Source of the DNA: an uncultured Candidatus Rokubacteria bacterium
Lineage (GTDB): Bacteria; Methylomirabilota; Methylomirabilia; Rokubacteriales; DASRDR01
DNA: 64,000 bases
Assembly (NCBI GenBank): GCA_963708025.1
Contig: CAVPSB010000029.1
Coordinates: 32,001-96,000, forward strand
Reading direction: 5' to 3'
In this document: one piece after another, positions 9,669 through 19,067 of the stretch
How positions within the stretch are numbered: position 1 is the stretch's first letter
Layout of the letters: every line of letters starts with the position of its first letter
The notes under the pieces: generated by a model
Database searches by the model: none
The model's input: the letters and a program-made list of their open reading frames with translations, nothing else
Told to the model about the DNA's origin: nothing
Position numbers and translations under genes: made by a program

Positions 9669-10510
9669 GCGCCCACCGCTGCTGGGGCATCTTTCGCGAG
9701 CGCACCCACTCGCCCGGGCGCGAGTCCGACGATGCCGAGATCCTCCGGCTGACCGCGAAGGAGCTGGAGGCGCGCGGGTTCACCGTCAGCGTGAAGAGCC
9801 CGGACGAGCTGGACGATCCGGTCGAGACGCCCCCGCCGGCGATCTTCTTGATGTGCGAGCGGGTCAAGGTTCTACGGCTCCTCCGCGACTGGGAGGCCAC
9901 GGGCGTCTGGCTGGTCAACGCTCCGGTCGCGGTTCTCAACACCTATCGAGAACGCATGCTGGCCTCGTGGGCGGCGGCCGGAGTTCCATTCCCGGCGAGC
10001 CGCGTGGTCCGGACCGACGGGCCGCCGCCGCCCGAGCGTGAGTCCGACCAGTGGCCGATCTGGATGAAGCGCGCGGACGTGCACAGCACTCAACCCGGTG
10101 ACGTGAGTCGCATCGAGGACCGGGCGGCCCTGCACGAAGCGCTGGCGGGGTTCGCCCGGCGCGGGCTCCCGCGGGCCGTCCTCCAGCAGCACGTCGCGGG
10201 TGACCTGCTCAAGTTCTACGGGATCGGCACGGCGCCCGGGCTTGATGGTGGCGCTCCGTGGTTCCGGCACTTCTATCACCGCGATCAGGTGCTGCACGGC
10301 TACCCATTCGACCCGGGCGCGCTGGCACGGCTCACGCGACAGGCCGCCGCGGTGCTCGGGCTCGAGGTGTTCGGCGGTGACGCCATCGTCGGCCCGGATG
10401 GCCACCTCGCGCTGATCGACCTCAACGCCTGGCCGAGCTTCGCGCTGTACCGGGACGAGGCGGCCGCCGAGATCGCCGGCTACCTGGCGCGTCGGTTCAC
10501 GCGAGCGTGA
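9665..10510 (+). CDS. ATP-grasp fold protein (ITPK1/RimK-like motifs)
   Basis: P.WMKR, VLQQHVAGDLLKFYG, LGLEVFGGDAIV, LIDLNAWPSF; ATGA overlap. Confidence 0.75.
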   Translation: MSAHRCWGIFRERTHSPGRESDDAEILRLTAKELEARGFTVSVKSPDELDDPVETPPPAIFLMCERVKVLRLLRDWEATGVWLVNAPVAVLNTYRERMLASWAAAGVPFPASRVVRTDGPPPPERESDQWPIWMKRADVHSTQPGDVSRIEDRAALHEALAGFARRGLPRAVLQQHVAGDLLKFYGIGTAPGLDGGAPWFRHFYHRDQVLHGYPFDPGALARLTRQAAAVLGLEVFGGDAIVGPDGHLALIDLNAWPSFALYRDEAAAEIAGYLARRFTRA

Positions 10511-10511
10511 T

Positions 10512-11777
10512 GTGAGCGGCGGCACACGGGATCCGGGTCACGCCGCCGGGCCGTCCCCGGTCAGCCGCGCGGTCGTCGTGGCCAGCCGGGCCGCGTGTCT
10601 CGCCCCCGTTGGCGGCCTGCCGCTGGCGGTCCGCGCCGTGCTGACGCTGCGGGCGGCGGGCTTCGCCGTGAGCGTCGTGGCCGGCCCCCACGCCGGCGAG
10701 ATGAGCGCGTGGCTGAGCCGGCGGGGCATTCGCGAGGCCCCCCCCGCGCCGCCCGGGGGGCCGGCGCCCGTTCTCGTCCTCATGGGCGATGTCGTGTTCG
10801 AGCCGCGCGTGCTGGCGCCCCTGCTCGCCGCCGCCGAGCCCGGGCGGCTGCGCGTCGCGCAGAGCCCGGACGCGGCGACGGGCGAGGTCCGGGCCGGCCT
10901 CTGCCCGGAATCCGCGCTGCCGGCGCTCGAGGCCTCGCTGTCGGACGGTCAGTGCGCGCTGGGAACGGCGCTCCAGGGATTGGGTCACCTCGACGAGCCG
11001 GTTCCGTTCGGGGACGGGCTCTTCCTGGCGCTCGATGCCCGCTCCACCCCTGGCGAGCTGACGGAGGCTCTCCTGGACCACTTCGGTCGGGGGGCGGCCG
11101 CGACCGACGGGTACCTGGCCACGCTGCTCGACCGCCCTCTGTCACGCCGGCTGACCCGCTGGCTGCTGCCGTGGCCGGTGACGCCGAACCAGATCACGGT
11201 GGCCAGCATCGCGGTCGGCCTGGTCGGCGCGGTCGGCCTGGCCTCGGTCTCGTATCTCGGCCGGCTCGGCGGCGTGCTGCTCCTCCTCGTGTCCAGCGTG
11301 CTGGACGGCGTCGACGGTGAGGTGGCCCGGGCTCGCTTCGAGCAGAGCGCGGCCGGGGCGCGACTGGACTTGATCGGCGACTACGTCATTCACCTGGCCA
11401 CGTTCGCCGGCCTCGGGGTCGGGCTCGCGCGCCAGGGGCCGTCACAGCTCCTTCTCGTTGCCGCCGGGGTCCTGTTCGCCGGCGTCGCGACCGCCATCGT
11501 CGTGATGCACCGACTCGTCAACGGCCCCGTGCTGGCCCGGAGCGATGACCTGCACGACGCCGGCGCCACGGCCGGGTTGCGCGGGGCGGCGATCATGGCG
11601 CACGTCGAGAAGCTGGCCGGTCGCGACTACGTCTACCTGCTCCTGCTCTTCGCCGTCGTCGGGCGACTCGACTGGTTCGTGTCCGCGGCCGCGGTCGGCT
11701 CCTGGGCGTTCGTGATCGGCCTGATCGCCTATGAGGCCCACCAGCGCGCTGGCTCCCCCGGGAGCGCCCGGGGGTAA
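10512..11777 (+). CDS. CDP-alcohol phosphatidyltransferase with degenerate N-terminal nucleotidyltransferase-like domain (DIPPS/PIP-synthase-like)
   Basis: DG...LDRPLSR, TPNQIT, LDGVDGEVAR...GARLDLIGD (DxxDGxxAR..GxxxDxxxD). Confidence 0.85.
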   Translation: MSGGTRDPGHAAGPSPVSRAVVVASRAACLAPVGGLPLAVRAVLTLRAAGFAVSVVAGPHAGEMSAWLSRRGIREAPPAPPGGPAPVLVLMGDVVFEPRVLAPLLAAAEPGRLRVAQSPDAATGEVRAGLCPESALPALEASLSDGQCALGTALQGLGHLDEPVPFGDGLFLALDARSTPGELTEALLDHFGRGAAATDGYLATLLDRPLSRRLTRWLLPWPVTPNQITVASIAVGLVGAVGLASVSYLGRLGGVLLLLVSSVLDGVDGEVARARFEQSAAGARLDLIGDYVIHLATFAGLGVGLARQGPSQLLLVAAGVLFAGVATAIVVMHRLVNGPVLARSDDLHDAGATAGLRGAAIMAHVEKLAGRDYVYLLLLFAVVGRLDWFVSAAAVGSWAFVIGLIAYEAHQRAGSPGSARG

Positions 11778-11953
11778 GCGAGAGCAGACGGAGGCTGCCA
11801 GCCTTCTCGCCGTGGCCGTCCGGGTTCCAGCCGGAGGGTTGCCGCGCGCGCGAGCTTCTTCGCGTACGACGCGTTCTGCGCGGGTGACGTCTACGCCGAC
11901 GGCCGGTCGGTGGCGAGTGGACAGGCCGGCGCCTGCAGGTTACGATCCGGGGT

Positions 11954-13180
11954 ATGCGCGAGTCCGCGGCCCGGCGGGCCCACGATCTCGCCGAGGCCGA
12001 CGGTCTCGATGTGGTCGGGCGCCCCCGGGTCCGCCCCAATGCGCCGGTTCTCGCTCTCCTGGCGCTCGGCCACCTGGTGATCGATACCAACCAGGGAGCG
12101 CTGCCAGCCCTCCTCCCGTTCCTCAGGCCGAAGTTCGGGCTCTCCTACGCCGCGGCCGGCACCATCCTGCTGGTCGCCAACCTGACCTCCTCGGTCATCC
12201 AGCCCGTCTTCGGCTACCTCTCGGACCGCACGAGCCGCCGCTGGCTCTTGCCCTGGTCGCTCGTCCTCGCCTCCACCGGCGTCGGCCTGGCCGGCTGGGC
12301 GCCCTCCTACGGGATCCTGCTGCTGCTCGTCGTCGTGTCTGGCCTCGGGATCGCCGCGTACCACCCGGAGGGGTACAAGACGGCCCACCAGGTCGCCGGC
12401 GACCGCAAGGCGACCGGGCTGTCCTTCTTCTCCATTGGCGGCAACGTCGGCATCGCCCTGGGGCCGCCGGTGATCACCGCGCTGGTGAGCGGCTTCACGC
12501 TCCGCGGCACGCTCGGGATGCTGGGGCCGGGTCTGGTGGTGGCGGGGCTCGTCGCCGCCGCCCTGCCGGGGCTGGTCGCGTCCCCGGCGACGGGGTCGAC
12601 GCGGGCCGCGGCGCCGGCGGGGCCGGACATGGTCGGCGGCATGGCGCTCCTCGTCGCCATCATCGGGGTGCGGGCCTGGGCCCAGCTCGGGCTGGTCGCG
12701 TACGTGCCGTTCTTCTACGTGGACGTGCTCGGGGCCGACCCCCGGGTCGTCGGGCCGCTGCTCTTCACCTTCCTGGGCGCCGGCGCCCTGGGGACGCTGG
12801 CCGGGGGGCCGATCGCCGACCGCTGGGGCCCCCGGCGGTACGTCACGTGGAGCCTGCTGGCCTCGGTGCCGCCGGTCGCCGGCTTCCTGCTCCGCCCCGG
12901 CGGCGTGTTCGCGACGCTCTGCCTGGCCGCCGCCGGGTTCGTCCTCGTCTCCTCGTTCTCGGTGACGGTGGCGCTGGCCCAGGCGTACCTGCCGCGGCGG
13001 CTCGGGCTGGCCGCGGGGCTGAGCGTCGGCCTCGCGATCGGGCTGGGCGGCATCGGCGTCGCCGTCCTCGGCTGGGTCGCGGACCACTGGGGGCTCCGGC
13101 CCGCCCTCGCCGTGATCGCGGCCATGCCCCTGGCCGGCTTCGCGCTCGCGCTGTTCCTGCCCGAACCCCGCCAGTCTTGA
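11954..13180 (+). CDS. MFS transporter (Fsr/RosA-like); start uncertain
   Basis: H.VIDTNQG, QPVFGYLSDR, YHPEG, FSIGGNVG; about 12 TM segments. Confidence 0.85.
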   Translation: MRESAARRAHDLAEADGLDVVGRPRVRPNAPVLALLALGHLVIDTNQGALPALLPFLRPKFGLSYAAAGTILLVANLTSSVIQPVFGYLSDRTSRRWLLPWSLVLASTGVGLAGWAPSYGILLLLVVVSGLGIAAYHPEGYKTAHQVAGDRKATGLSFFSIGGNVGIALGPPVITALVSGFTLRGTLGMLGPGLVVAGLVAAALPGLVASPATGSTRAAAPAGPDMVGGMALLVAIIGVRAWAQLGLVAYVPFFYVDVLGADPRVVGPLLFTFLGAGALGTLAGGPIADRWGPRRYVTWSLLASVPPVAGFLLRPGGVFATLCLAAAGFVLVSSFSVTVALAQAYLPRRLGLAAGLSVGLAIGLGGIGVAVLGWVADHWGLRPALAVIAAMPLAGFALALFLPEPRQS

Positions 13181-13283
13181 GGCCGAAAGCCCCGTCGACC
13201 GGGACGTTGGCGCGCGGGGCCTGCCCGCGTTATCATCCTTGAGCGTCCCTCAGGGGATACCCCAGACCCGAGAAGGAGGAGGA

Positions 13284-14192
13284 ATGTTCGCGTCGGTCGA
13301 GGAGATTCAGCAGCGGTTCCAGGCCAGCCAGTACATCGCGAACCGGCGGATCGCCACCGTCGTGTACCTGGCCGTCCGGATGAACCGCCCGATCCTGGTC
13401 GAAGGCCCGGCCGGCGTCGGGAAGACGGAGCTGGCCAAGGTGCTCGCCGAGTCGCTGGGGCGGCCGCTGATCCGCCTCCAGTGCTACGAGGGGCTCGACG
13501 AGGCCAAGGCCCTGTACGAGTGGAAGTACGCCAAGCAGCTCCTCTACACCCAGATCCTCCGCGAGCGCATCGGCGACCTGGTCGCCGACGCCCCCTCCCT
13601 GACCGACGCCGTGGAGCGCGTGGCCCGGCAGGAGGACGCCTTCTTCTCCTTCCGGTTCCTGTCGCCGCGCCCCCTGCTCGGCGCGATCCTGGCCGACGAG
13701 CCCTCGGTCCTCCTGATCGACGAGATCGACAAGGCCGAGGTCGAGTTCGAGGCGTTCCTGCTCGAGGTGCTCTCGGACTGGCAGGTGTCGGTACCGGAGC
13801 TGGGCACCATCAAGGCCCGGCACCTCCCGCTGGTCGTCCTGACGTCGAACAACGCCCGCGAGCTGACCGATGGGCTGAAGCGCCGCTGCCTCCACCTGTT
13901 CATCGACTTTCCGGCGGCGGCCGAGGAGCTGGCGATCATCCGCCTCAAGGTGCCCGAGGTGTCGGAGCGCCTGGCCCACGAGGTCGTGAGGGCGGTGCAG
14001 CGGATCCGGGCCCTCGAGCTGCGCAAGGCCCCCTCGATCTCGGAGAGCCTCGACTGGGCGCGCTCCCTCGTGATCCTGAACGCCGATCGGCTCGAGCCCG
14101 GCGTCGTCGAGGCGACCCTCACGCTGCTCGTCAAGTACGAGCGCGATCTCGAGCGGGTGAAGGCGAGCCTGGACAAGGTTCTCGCCGAATAG
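13284..14192 (+). CDS. MoxR-family AAA+ ATPase (CoxD-like)
   Basis: GPAGVGKT, RLQCYEGLD, LLIDEIDK, LTSN..RELTDGLKRRC; GGAGG RBS. Confidence 0.9.
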   Translation: MFASVEEIQQRFQASQYIANRRIATVVYLAVRMNRPILVEGPAGVGKTELAKVLAESLGRPLIRLQCYEGLDEAKALYEWKYAKQLLYTQILRERIGDLVADAPSLTDAVERVARQEDAFFSFRFLSPRPLLGAILADEPSVLLIDEIDKAEVEFEAFLLEVLSDWQVSVPELGTIKARHLPLVVLTSNNARELTDGLKRRCLHLFIDFPAAAEELAIIRLKVPEVSERLAHEVVRAVQRIRALELRKAPSISESLDWARSLVILNADRLEPGVVEATLTLLVKYERDLERVKASLDKVLAE

Positions 14193-14208
14193 AACGAGGA
14201 GACAGCGC

Positions 14209-14898
14209 GTGTCCGAGACCATCGTCTCCGCGATGCTGAAGAAGACGGCCCTCTTCGGGGATCTCGCCCTCTCCGAGCGGCTGGCGCTGGCCAGCGCCAT
14301 GCGGCGGGGCGACGTTCCGAAGGACGCCCACGTCTTCCACGCCGGGGACCCCGGCCGCTCGTTCTTCCTGGTGGTGGCCGGCCGGATCAAGATCTCGCTC
14401 TCCCGGCAGGGTCGCGAGATCGTCCTCGCCGAGCTGGGTCCGGGCGACTACTTCGGCGAGTTCTCCCTCATCGACGGCCGGCCGCGCTCGGCCGACGCCA
14501 TCGCGGTGATCCGGTCCGAGGTGCTGGAGCTGCCCCAGGAGGTCTTCTTCCGCCTGCTGGACTCGAACGGCACCGTGGCCCGGAAGCTCCTCGTGGAGCT
14601 GTGCCGGCGGCTCCGGGAGGCGGACGCCCAGATCAGCACGCTGGCGACCGTGGACGCGGCCGGCCGCATCGTCCGCGGCCTGCTCAAGCTGGGCGAGCAC
14701 CACGCCCGGCGCGAGGGCGCGGACCTCATCTTCGCCAAGGCGCCCCGCCAGCGCGACGTGGCGGCGCTGGCCGGGACGACCCGGGCGACCACCTCGCGGC
14801 TGATCCGGCAGCTCACCCAGCAGGGCCTGCTGACCTTCAGCGGCCAGTCCCTCATCGTCCACGAGCGACAGGTCTTACCCGAAGACAACGTCCAGTAG
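14209..14898 (+). CDS. Crp/Fnr family transcriptional regulator
   Basis: FGEFSLIDGRPRSA cNMP-binding motif; C-terminal HTH GTTRATTSR. Confidence 0.9.
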   Translation: MSETIVSAMLKKTALFGDLALSERLALASAMRRGDVPKDAHVFHAGDPGRSFFLVVAGRIKISLSRQGREIVLAELGPGDYFGEFSLIDGRPRSADAIAVIRSEVLELPQEVFFRLLDSNGTVARKLLVELCRRLREADAQISTLATVDAAGRIVRGLLKLGEHHARREGADLIFAKAPRQRDVAALAGTTRATTSRLIRQLTQQGLLTFSGQSLIVHERQVLPEDNVQ

Positions 14899-14900
14899 CG

Positions 14901-15028
14901 GCAGGCGGGGCCGATGAGCGTCGCATCGCGTCGTCCTCGGTCGTCGCCGATCCTCAGCGTACCCGGGGTACGCCTCCGGTCGGCTCCTCCCTGCGTCCTA
15001 GCGCTGCTCGCTCCTCGGCCCCGCCCGC
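14901..15028. repeat. MITE-like repeat family 2, copy A (20-bp terminal inverted repeats)
   Basis: GCAGGCGGGGCCGATGAGCG ... CGCTCCTCGGCCCCGCCCGC (18/20 complementary); inverted homolog at 54354. Confidence 0.8.
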
Positions 15029-15048
15029 AAGAACGTACTTCATTCGCT

Positions 15049-15088
15049 CCCTCTCCCTCCCTCGGGAGGGAGAGGGCGGGGGTGAGGG
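15049..15088. repeat. CCCTCTCCC..GGGAGAGGG..GGGGTGAGGG hairpin (REP-like intergenic motif)
   Basis: Perfect 12-bp stem CCCTCTCCCTCC/GGAGGGAGAGGG followed by GGGGTGAGGG. Confidence 0.6.
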
Positions 15089-15105
15089 TGGGAGGGGCGC
15101 GCTAG

Positions 15106-16524
15106 ATGGACGAACGGATCCTCGAGTTCATCGGAGACCTCCGCAAGGCCGAGATCCGCGTCTCGACCACGGAGGCGCTCGACGCGCTCCAGGCCGCCGC
15201 CGAGATCGGTCTGAGCGATCGCCACGACTTCCGGGCGGCCCTGGCCGCGACCCTGGTCAAGGAGTCGCGCGACCTGCCGGCCTTCGACCGGCTCTTCGAC
15301 CTCTACTTCTTCGACCTCCAGGCCCTCGGCGCCGAGACCGCCAAGGCGCTGGGCCGCAAGGACCCGTGGGCCCGCGCCCTGCTCGAGCGCCTGCTGGCCG
15401 AGGGCGACCTCGACGTCGATCCGCTCACCGAGCTCCTGCTCACGGCCGAGGCGCCCGAGCTGGAGCTGGCGGTCCGCCAGGGTGGCCGGGCGGTCGGACT
15501 GGAGCGGCTCTTCTACTTTCTCCAGGTCGGCTACTTCTCCCGGCGGATCTGGGACCAGTTCCCGTGGCAGGAGATCGAGGGCGACCTGGAAGCGCTGCTC
15601 CGCGCCGCCGAGGCGGAAGGGATGGACCCCGGGGCCCTGGCCCGGCTCCGCACCTACATGGAGCTGCGGATGGAGGCCTTCCGGCGGCTGATCCGCCAGC
15701 ACGTCGAGCGCGAGCTGGGCCGCCGCGGCTACCGGCAGGAGGAGCGGCTGCGGCGCGAGCTGCTCGCCGACAAGCCGCTCTTCACGCTGTCGGCCGACGA
15801 GGTCGCGCAGATGAAGGCGGTCGTCGCGCGCCTGGCTCGCAAGATCAAAGACGCCCTCGCCCTCCGGCAGCGGCGCGAGCAGGAAGGGAAGCTCGATCCG
15901 AAGCGGACGTTCCGGGCGAGCCTCCAGTACGACGGGGTGCCGCTCGACATCCGGTGGCGCCACCGGCGCCGGGAGAAGCCCCGGCTGGTCACCCTCTGCG
16001 ACGTCTCCGACTCGGTCCGCAACGCCTCGCGCTTCATGCTGCAGCTCGTCTGGAACCTGCAGGAGTGCTTCTCCCGGGTCCAGAGCTTCGTCTTCGTCTC
16101 GGAGATCGCCGAGGTGTCGGAGGCCTTTCGCACGCTGCCGGTGGAGCGGGCGGTCGAGTACGCCCTCGGCGGGGCGCGGGTGGACTACCACAGCCGCTCG
16201 GACTTCGGCTACGCCTTCGCCCGGTTCACCCGGGAGTCGCTGGAGCGGCTCGACCGGAAGACGACGCTCCTCGTCCTCGGGGATGCCCGCAACAACTACA
16301 ACGACCCCCAGGCGTGGGCGATCCGCCTCATGCGGGAGCGGGTGAAGGGGATCATCTGGCTCAACCCCGAAGGGCAGTGGGGCTGGGGGGTGGGCGACTC
16401 CGTCATGCCGCTCTACGCCCCCCACTGCGACGTCGTCCGGGAGTGCCGGACGCTCGCCCAGCTCGCCGAGGTGGTGGACGGCCTGCTCCAGGGCTGGTGG
16501 CGCCGCCGCGGCGCCGTCCGCTGA
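15106..16524 (+). CDS. VWA-domain protein (CoxE-like)
   Basis: LCDVSDSV MIDAS, SDFG, LGDARNN, IIWLNPE..W..GDS.M. Confidence 0.9.
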   Translation: MDERILEFIGDLRKAEIRVSTTEALDALQAAAEIGLSDRHDFRAALAATLVKESRDLPAFDRLFDLYFFDLQALGAETAKALGRKDPWARALLERLLAEGDLDVDPLTELLLTAEAPELELAVRQGGRAVGLERLFYFLQVGYFSRRIWDQFPWQEIEGDLEALLRAAEAEGMDPGALARLRTYMELRMEAFRRLIRQHVERELGRRGYRQEERLRRELLADKPLFTLSADEVAQMKAVVARLARKIKDALALRQRREQEGKLDPKRTFRASLQYDGVPLDIRWRHRRREKPRLVTLCDVSDSVRNASRFMLQLVWNLQECFSRVQSFVFVSEIAEVSEAFRTLPVERAVEYALGGARVDYHSRSDFGYAFARFTRESLERLDRKTTLLVLGDARNNYNDPQAWAIRLMRERVKGIIWLNPEGQWGWGVGDSVMPLYAPHCDVVRECRTLAQLAEVVDGLLQGWWRRRGAVR

Positions 16525-16615
16525 AAGCGTGTGAAGGAATGGGGTTCTCCGGCTCCCCCCTCCCCCGGTGGGTGGGGGAGGGGGGCTGGGGGGGTGGGCG
16601 GGGGTCCCGAACTGA
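16521..16615. repeat. Repeat family 1, copy B (inverted relative to A)
   Basis: CTGAAAGCGTGTGAAGGAATGGG...GGGTCCCGAACTGA; overlaps the coxE-like stop codon. Confidence 0.85.
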
Positions 16616-16663
16616 GGTCCCCGGACCTCCGATGAATCCGGGTCGGAGGGGGTCGGACCGGCC

Positions 16664-17215
16664 TCAGCCCTCGCGGTCGCCCTGCCCCTTGAACTGACTC
16701 TCGGCGGCCCCGAAGAGCACGTTGAAGGTCGTGAGACTTCCGTAGCAGCGGCTGATGTAGCCCTGCAGCTCGAGCTTCTCCTCGGAGGCCAGACCGGGGT
16801 GGCTGTTGACCTTCTGCTCGAGCACGCGCAGCCGGTCGCGGACGCCGATGATCTTCTTGAAGAAGATCTCGAGCGGCACGTCCTTGGGCTGGGTGCCCTC
16901 CTTGCCGGGGATGAGCCGCAGCGTCCCGCCGACCCAGCGCTTGCCGAGCTCGAGGTCAACGTCGAGCCAGCCGTGGTCGCCGAGGACCTCGCGCACCGCC
17001 TGCTTGACCCGGTCAACCTCGGGATCGCCGGCGGCCGCCTCCACCTGCAGGTCCTCGAAGGTAAAGGCTACCCGGCGCGTCTCGCCGCCGCGGAACAGGA
17101 TCACGTAGGCGTCGCCGTCGTAGCTCACGATGCGGCCGCTCCCGAAATGAGCGTGGCGCACGACGCTCCCCACGCCGAAGCGCGGGCGCGGGCCGGTCGG
17201 TCTGGTGTCACTCAT
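16664..17215 (-). CDS. Conserved hypothetical protein with N-terminal SH3/tudor-like motif
   Basis: GSVVRHAHFGSG; FFKKIIGVRDRLRVLEQKVNSH..YISRCYGSLTTFNVLF. Confidence 0.7.
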   Translation of the reverse strand: MSDTRPTGPRPRFGVGSVVRHAHFGSGRIVSYDGDAYVILFRGGETRRVAFTFEDLQVEAAAGDPEVDRVKQAVREVLGDHGWLDVDLELGKRWVGGTLRLIPGKEGTQPKDVPLEIFFKKIIGVRDRLRVLEQKVNSHPGLASEEKLELQGYISRCYGSLTTFNVLFGAAESQFKGQGDREG

Positions 17216-17401
17216 GGCTCGGGTGATTGTAGCGCTATCCGCGTCGTATCGCTTCGGTCGTCGTGACCCTCGGCGCCTTGCTCGAGCCAATCCCCCGTGC
17301 TAGCTTCCTGGCAGTCGCCAGTCACCGACTCCAGGAGGTCTCGCCATCACCTTCTTCGACGTTCCCGCGGATGCGAAGGGTCACGCGGCGGCGGGTGCGC
17401 G

Positions 17402-17920
17402 ATGAGCGCTGCCCCGCGCGCGGCGGCGCTCCCCCATCTCCAGGCGGTGGCGGCGGCGCTGGCCCAGCCCGGCCAGCCGGCGCCGCTCTTCGCCGCCCTG
17501 GACGCGGCGCTGGGCGCGGCCATCGGCCACCGGCTCTTCACCGTGCTGCGCCTTCACCCCGGCGCGCGCGAGTCGGAGCGCTGCTACACGAATCAGCCGG
17601 CCGCCTATCCGGTGGGCGGACGAAAGCCGCTGACCGAGTCCGCGTGGTCGCGTCAGGTCTTCGGCGAGCGCCGCGCCTACGTCGGGTACACGGCGGAGGA
17701 CATCCGGGCCGTGTTCGTCGACCATGCCCTCATCGCGAGCCTGGGCTGTGACTCGGTGCTGAACCTGCCCGTGGTCTTCGGCGGGCGCGTCCTCGGCACG
17801 CTGAACCTGCTCCATCAGGCCCGGTGGTACGGCGAGGCGGACGTACCGATCGGGATGACCTTCGCGGGGCTCGCGGTGCCGGGCTACCTCGCGCTCGGCG
17901 CTCAGACGGGCGGGACGTAG
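17402..17920 (+). CDS. GAF domain protein
   Basis: IGHRLFTVL, YPVGGRK, F.DHALIASLGC.SVLNLPV..GTLNLL. Confidence 0.8.
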   Translation: MSAAPRAAALPHLQAVAAALAQPGQPAPLFAALDAALGAAIGHRLFTVLRLHPGARESERCYTNQPAAYPVGGRKPLTESAWSRQVFGERRAYVGYTAEDIRAVFVDHALIASLGCDSVLNLPVVFGGRVLGTLNLLHQARWYGEADVPIGMTFAGLAVPGYLALGAQTGGT

Positions 17921-17932
17921 AAAGGAGCGGCG

Positions 17933-18946
17933 ATGGAGCGACGCGCGTTCGGGCGGACGGGCCTCACCGTGTCGGCGGTGGGCTTCGGGAGCTGGCCCAT
18001 GAGCGGGGGCGACCGGTACGGGGCCATCGAGGACGAGGAGGCGATCCGGGCGATCCGCCGGGCCTTGGATGCCGGGATCGATTGCGTCAACACCGCGCCG
18101 GCCTACGGCTTCGGCCACGCCGAGGAGGTGGTCGGGCGCGCCCTCCGCGGCCACCGGCACCGGGTCACCCTGGTGACGAAGTGCGGCATCGTGTGGGACG
18201 AGGGGAGCACGGTCCTCCGGCGCGACATCTCGGCCGCGAACATCAGGCGGGAGGTCAACCTGAGCCTGCGGCGCCTCCAGACGGACGTGATCGACGTCTA
18301 TCTCCTGCACTGGCCGACGGCGGCCATCCCGTTCGAGGAGGCGTTCGCCGCCATGGACGGGCTGGTCCGGGCCGGGAAGGTCCGCTTCGCCGGGGTGTCG
18401 AACTTCACGGTCGAGCAGATGGAGCGCTGCCGGGCGGTCCGCCCGATCGACGTGGTGCAGGTGGGCTACCACCTGTTCGACCGGCGGATGGAGCGCGAGA
18501 TCTTCCCGTACTGTCAGGCGCACGGGATCGGCGTGATGGGGTACGGCTCGCTCGGCCACGGGCTCCTCACCGGCGCCTTCACCGCCGACACCCGCTTCGC
18601 CGATCCCGACTGGCGGGCCCGCGGGATCGCCTTCGGCCAGCCGATCCTGAAGCCCGAGAACCTGAAGGCGAACGTCGCCGTCGTCGAGCGCCTGCAGCGC
18701 GAGGTGGCCGCGCCCCGGTCGGTCCCGGTGAGCCACGTCGCCCTCGCCTGGGTGCTGCGCCAGCCGGCGGTCTCGACGGCCCTCGTCGGGGCGCGGAGCC
18801 CGGCCGAGGTCGAGGACACCCGGCTCGCCGCCGGGCTCCGGCTGAGCGAGGCGGAGCTGGCGCGGGTCGACGCGATCATGGCCGGGGCGGCCGGCCGGAT
18901 CACGGCCTTCACCCCGCTGCGCCCGGGCAACGAGGAGTGGGAGTGA
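17933..18946 (+). CDS. Aldo/keto reductase
   Basis: TAPAYG, LVTK, SLRRLQTDVIDVYLLHWP, GKVR..GVSNF. Confidence 0.9.
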   Translation: MERRAFGRTGLTVSAVGFGSWPMSGGDRYGAIEDEEAIRAIRRALDAGIDCVNTAPAYGFGHAEEVVGRALRGHRHRVTLVTKCGIVWDEGSTVLRRDISAANIRREVNLSLRRLQTDVIDVYLLHWPTAAIPFEEAFAAMDGLVRAGKVRFAGVSNFTVEQMERCRAVRPIDVVQVGYHLFDRRMEREIFPYCQAHGIGVMGYGSLGHGLLTGAFTADTRFADPDWRARGIAFGQPILKPENLKANVAVVERLQREVAAPRSVPVSHVALAWVLRQPAVSTALVGARSPAEVEDTRLAAGLRLSEAELARVDAIMAGAAGRITAFTPLRPGNEEWE

Positions 18947-19067
18947 CCGCGCTCGCCCCGGCCGACTGACCGGCCGGCGCTCCCCATTGCCGGCGTGATC
19001 GTCGCAGCCGGTGTCGGAGCCGGACGTGACGGCGCGACGACCGTCTCGCCGAAGATCGGAAGACCGA

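Noticed and set aside
11850-11905. FG-GAP-like peptide remnant (FFAYDAF..DVY)
   Set aside because: Too short to support
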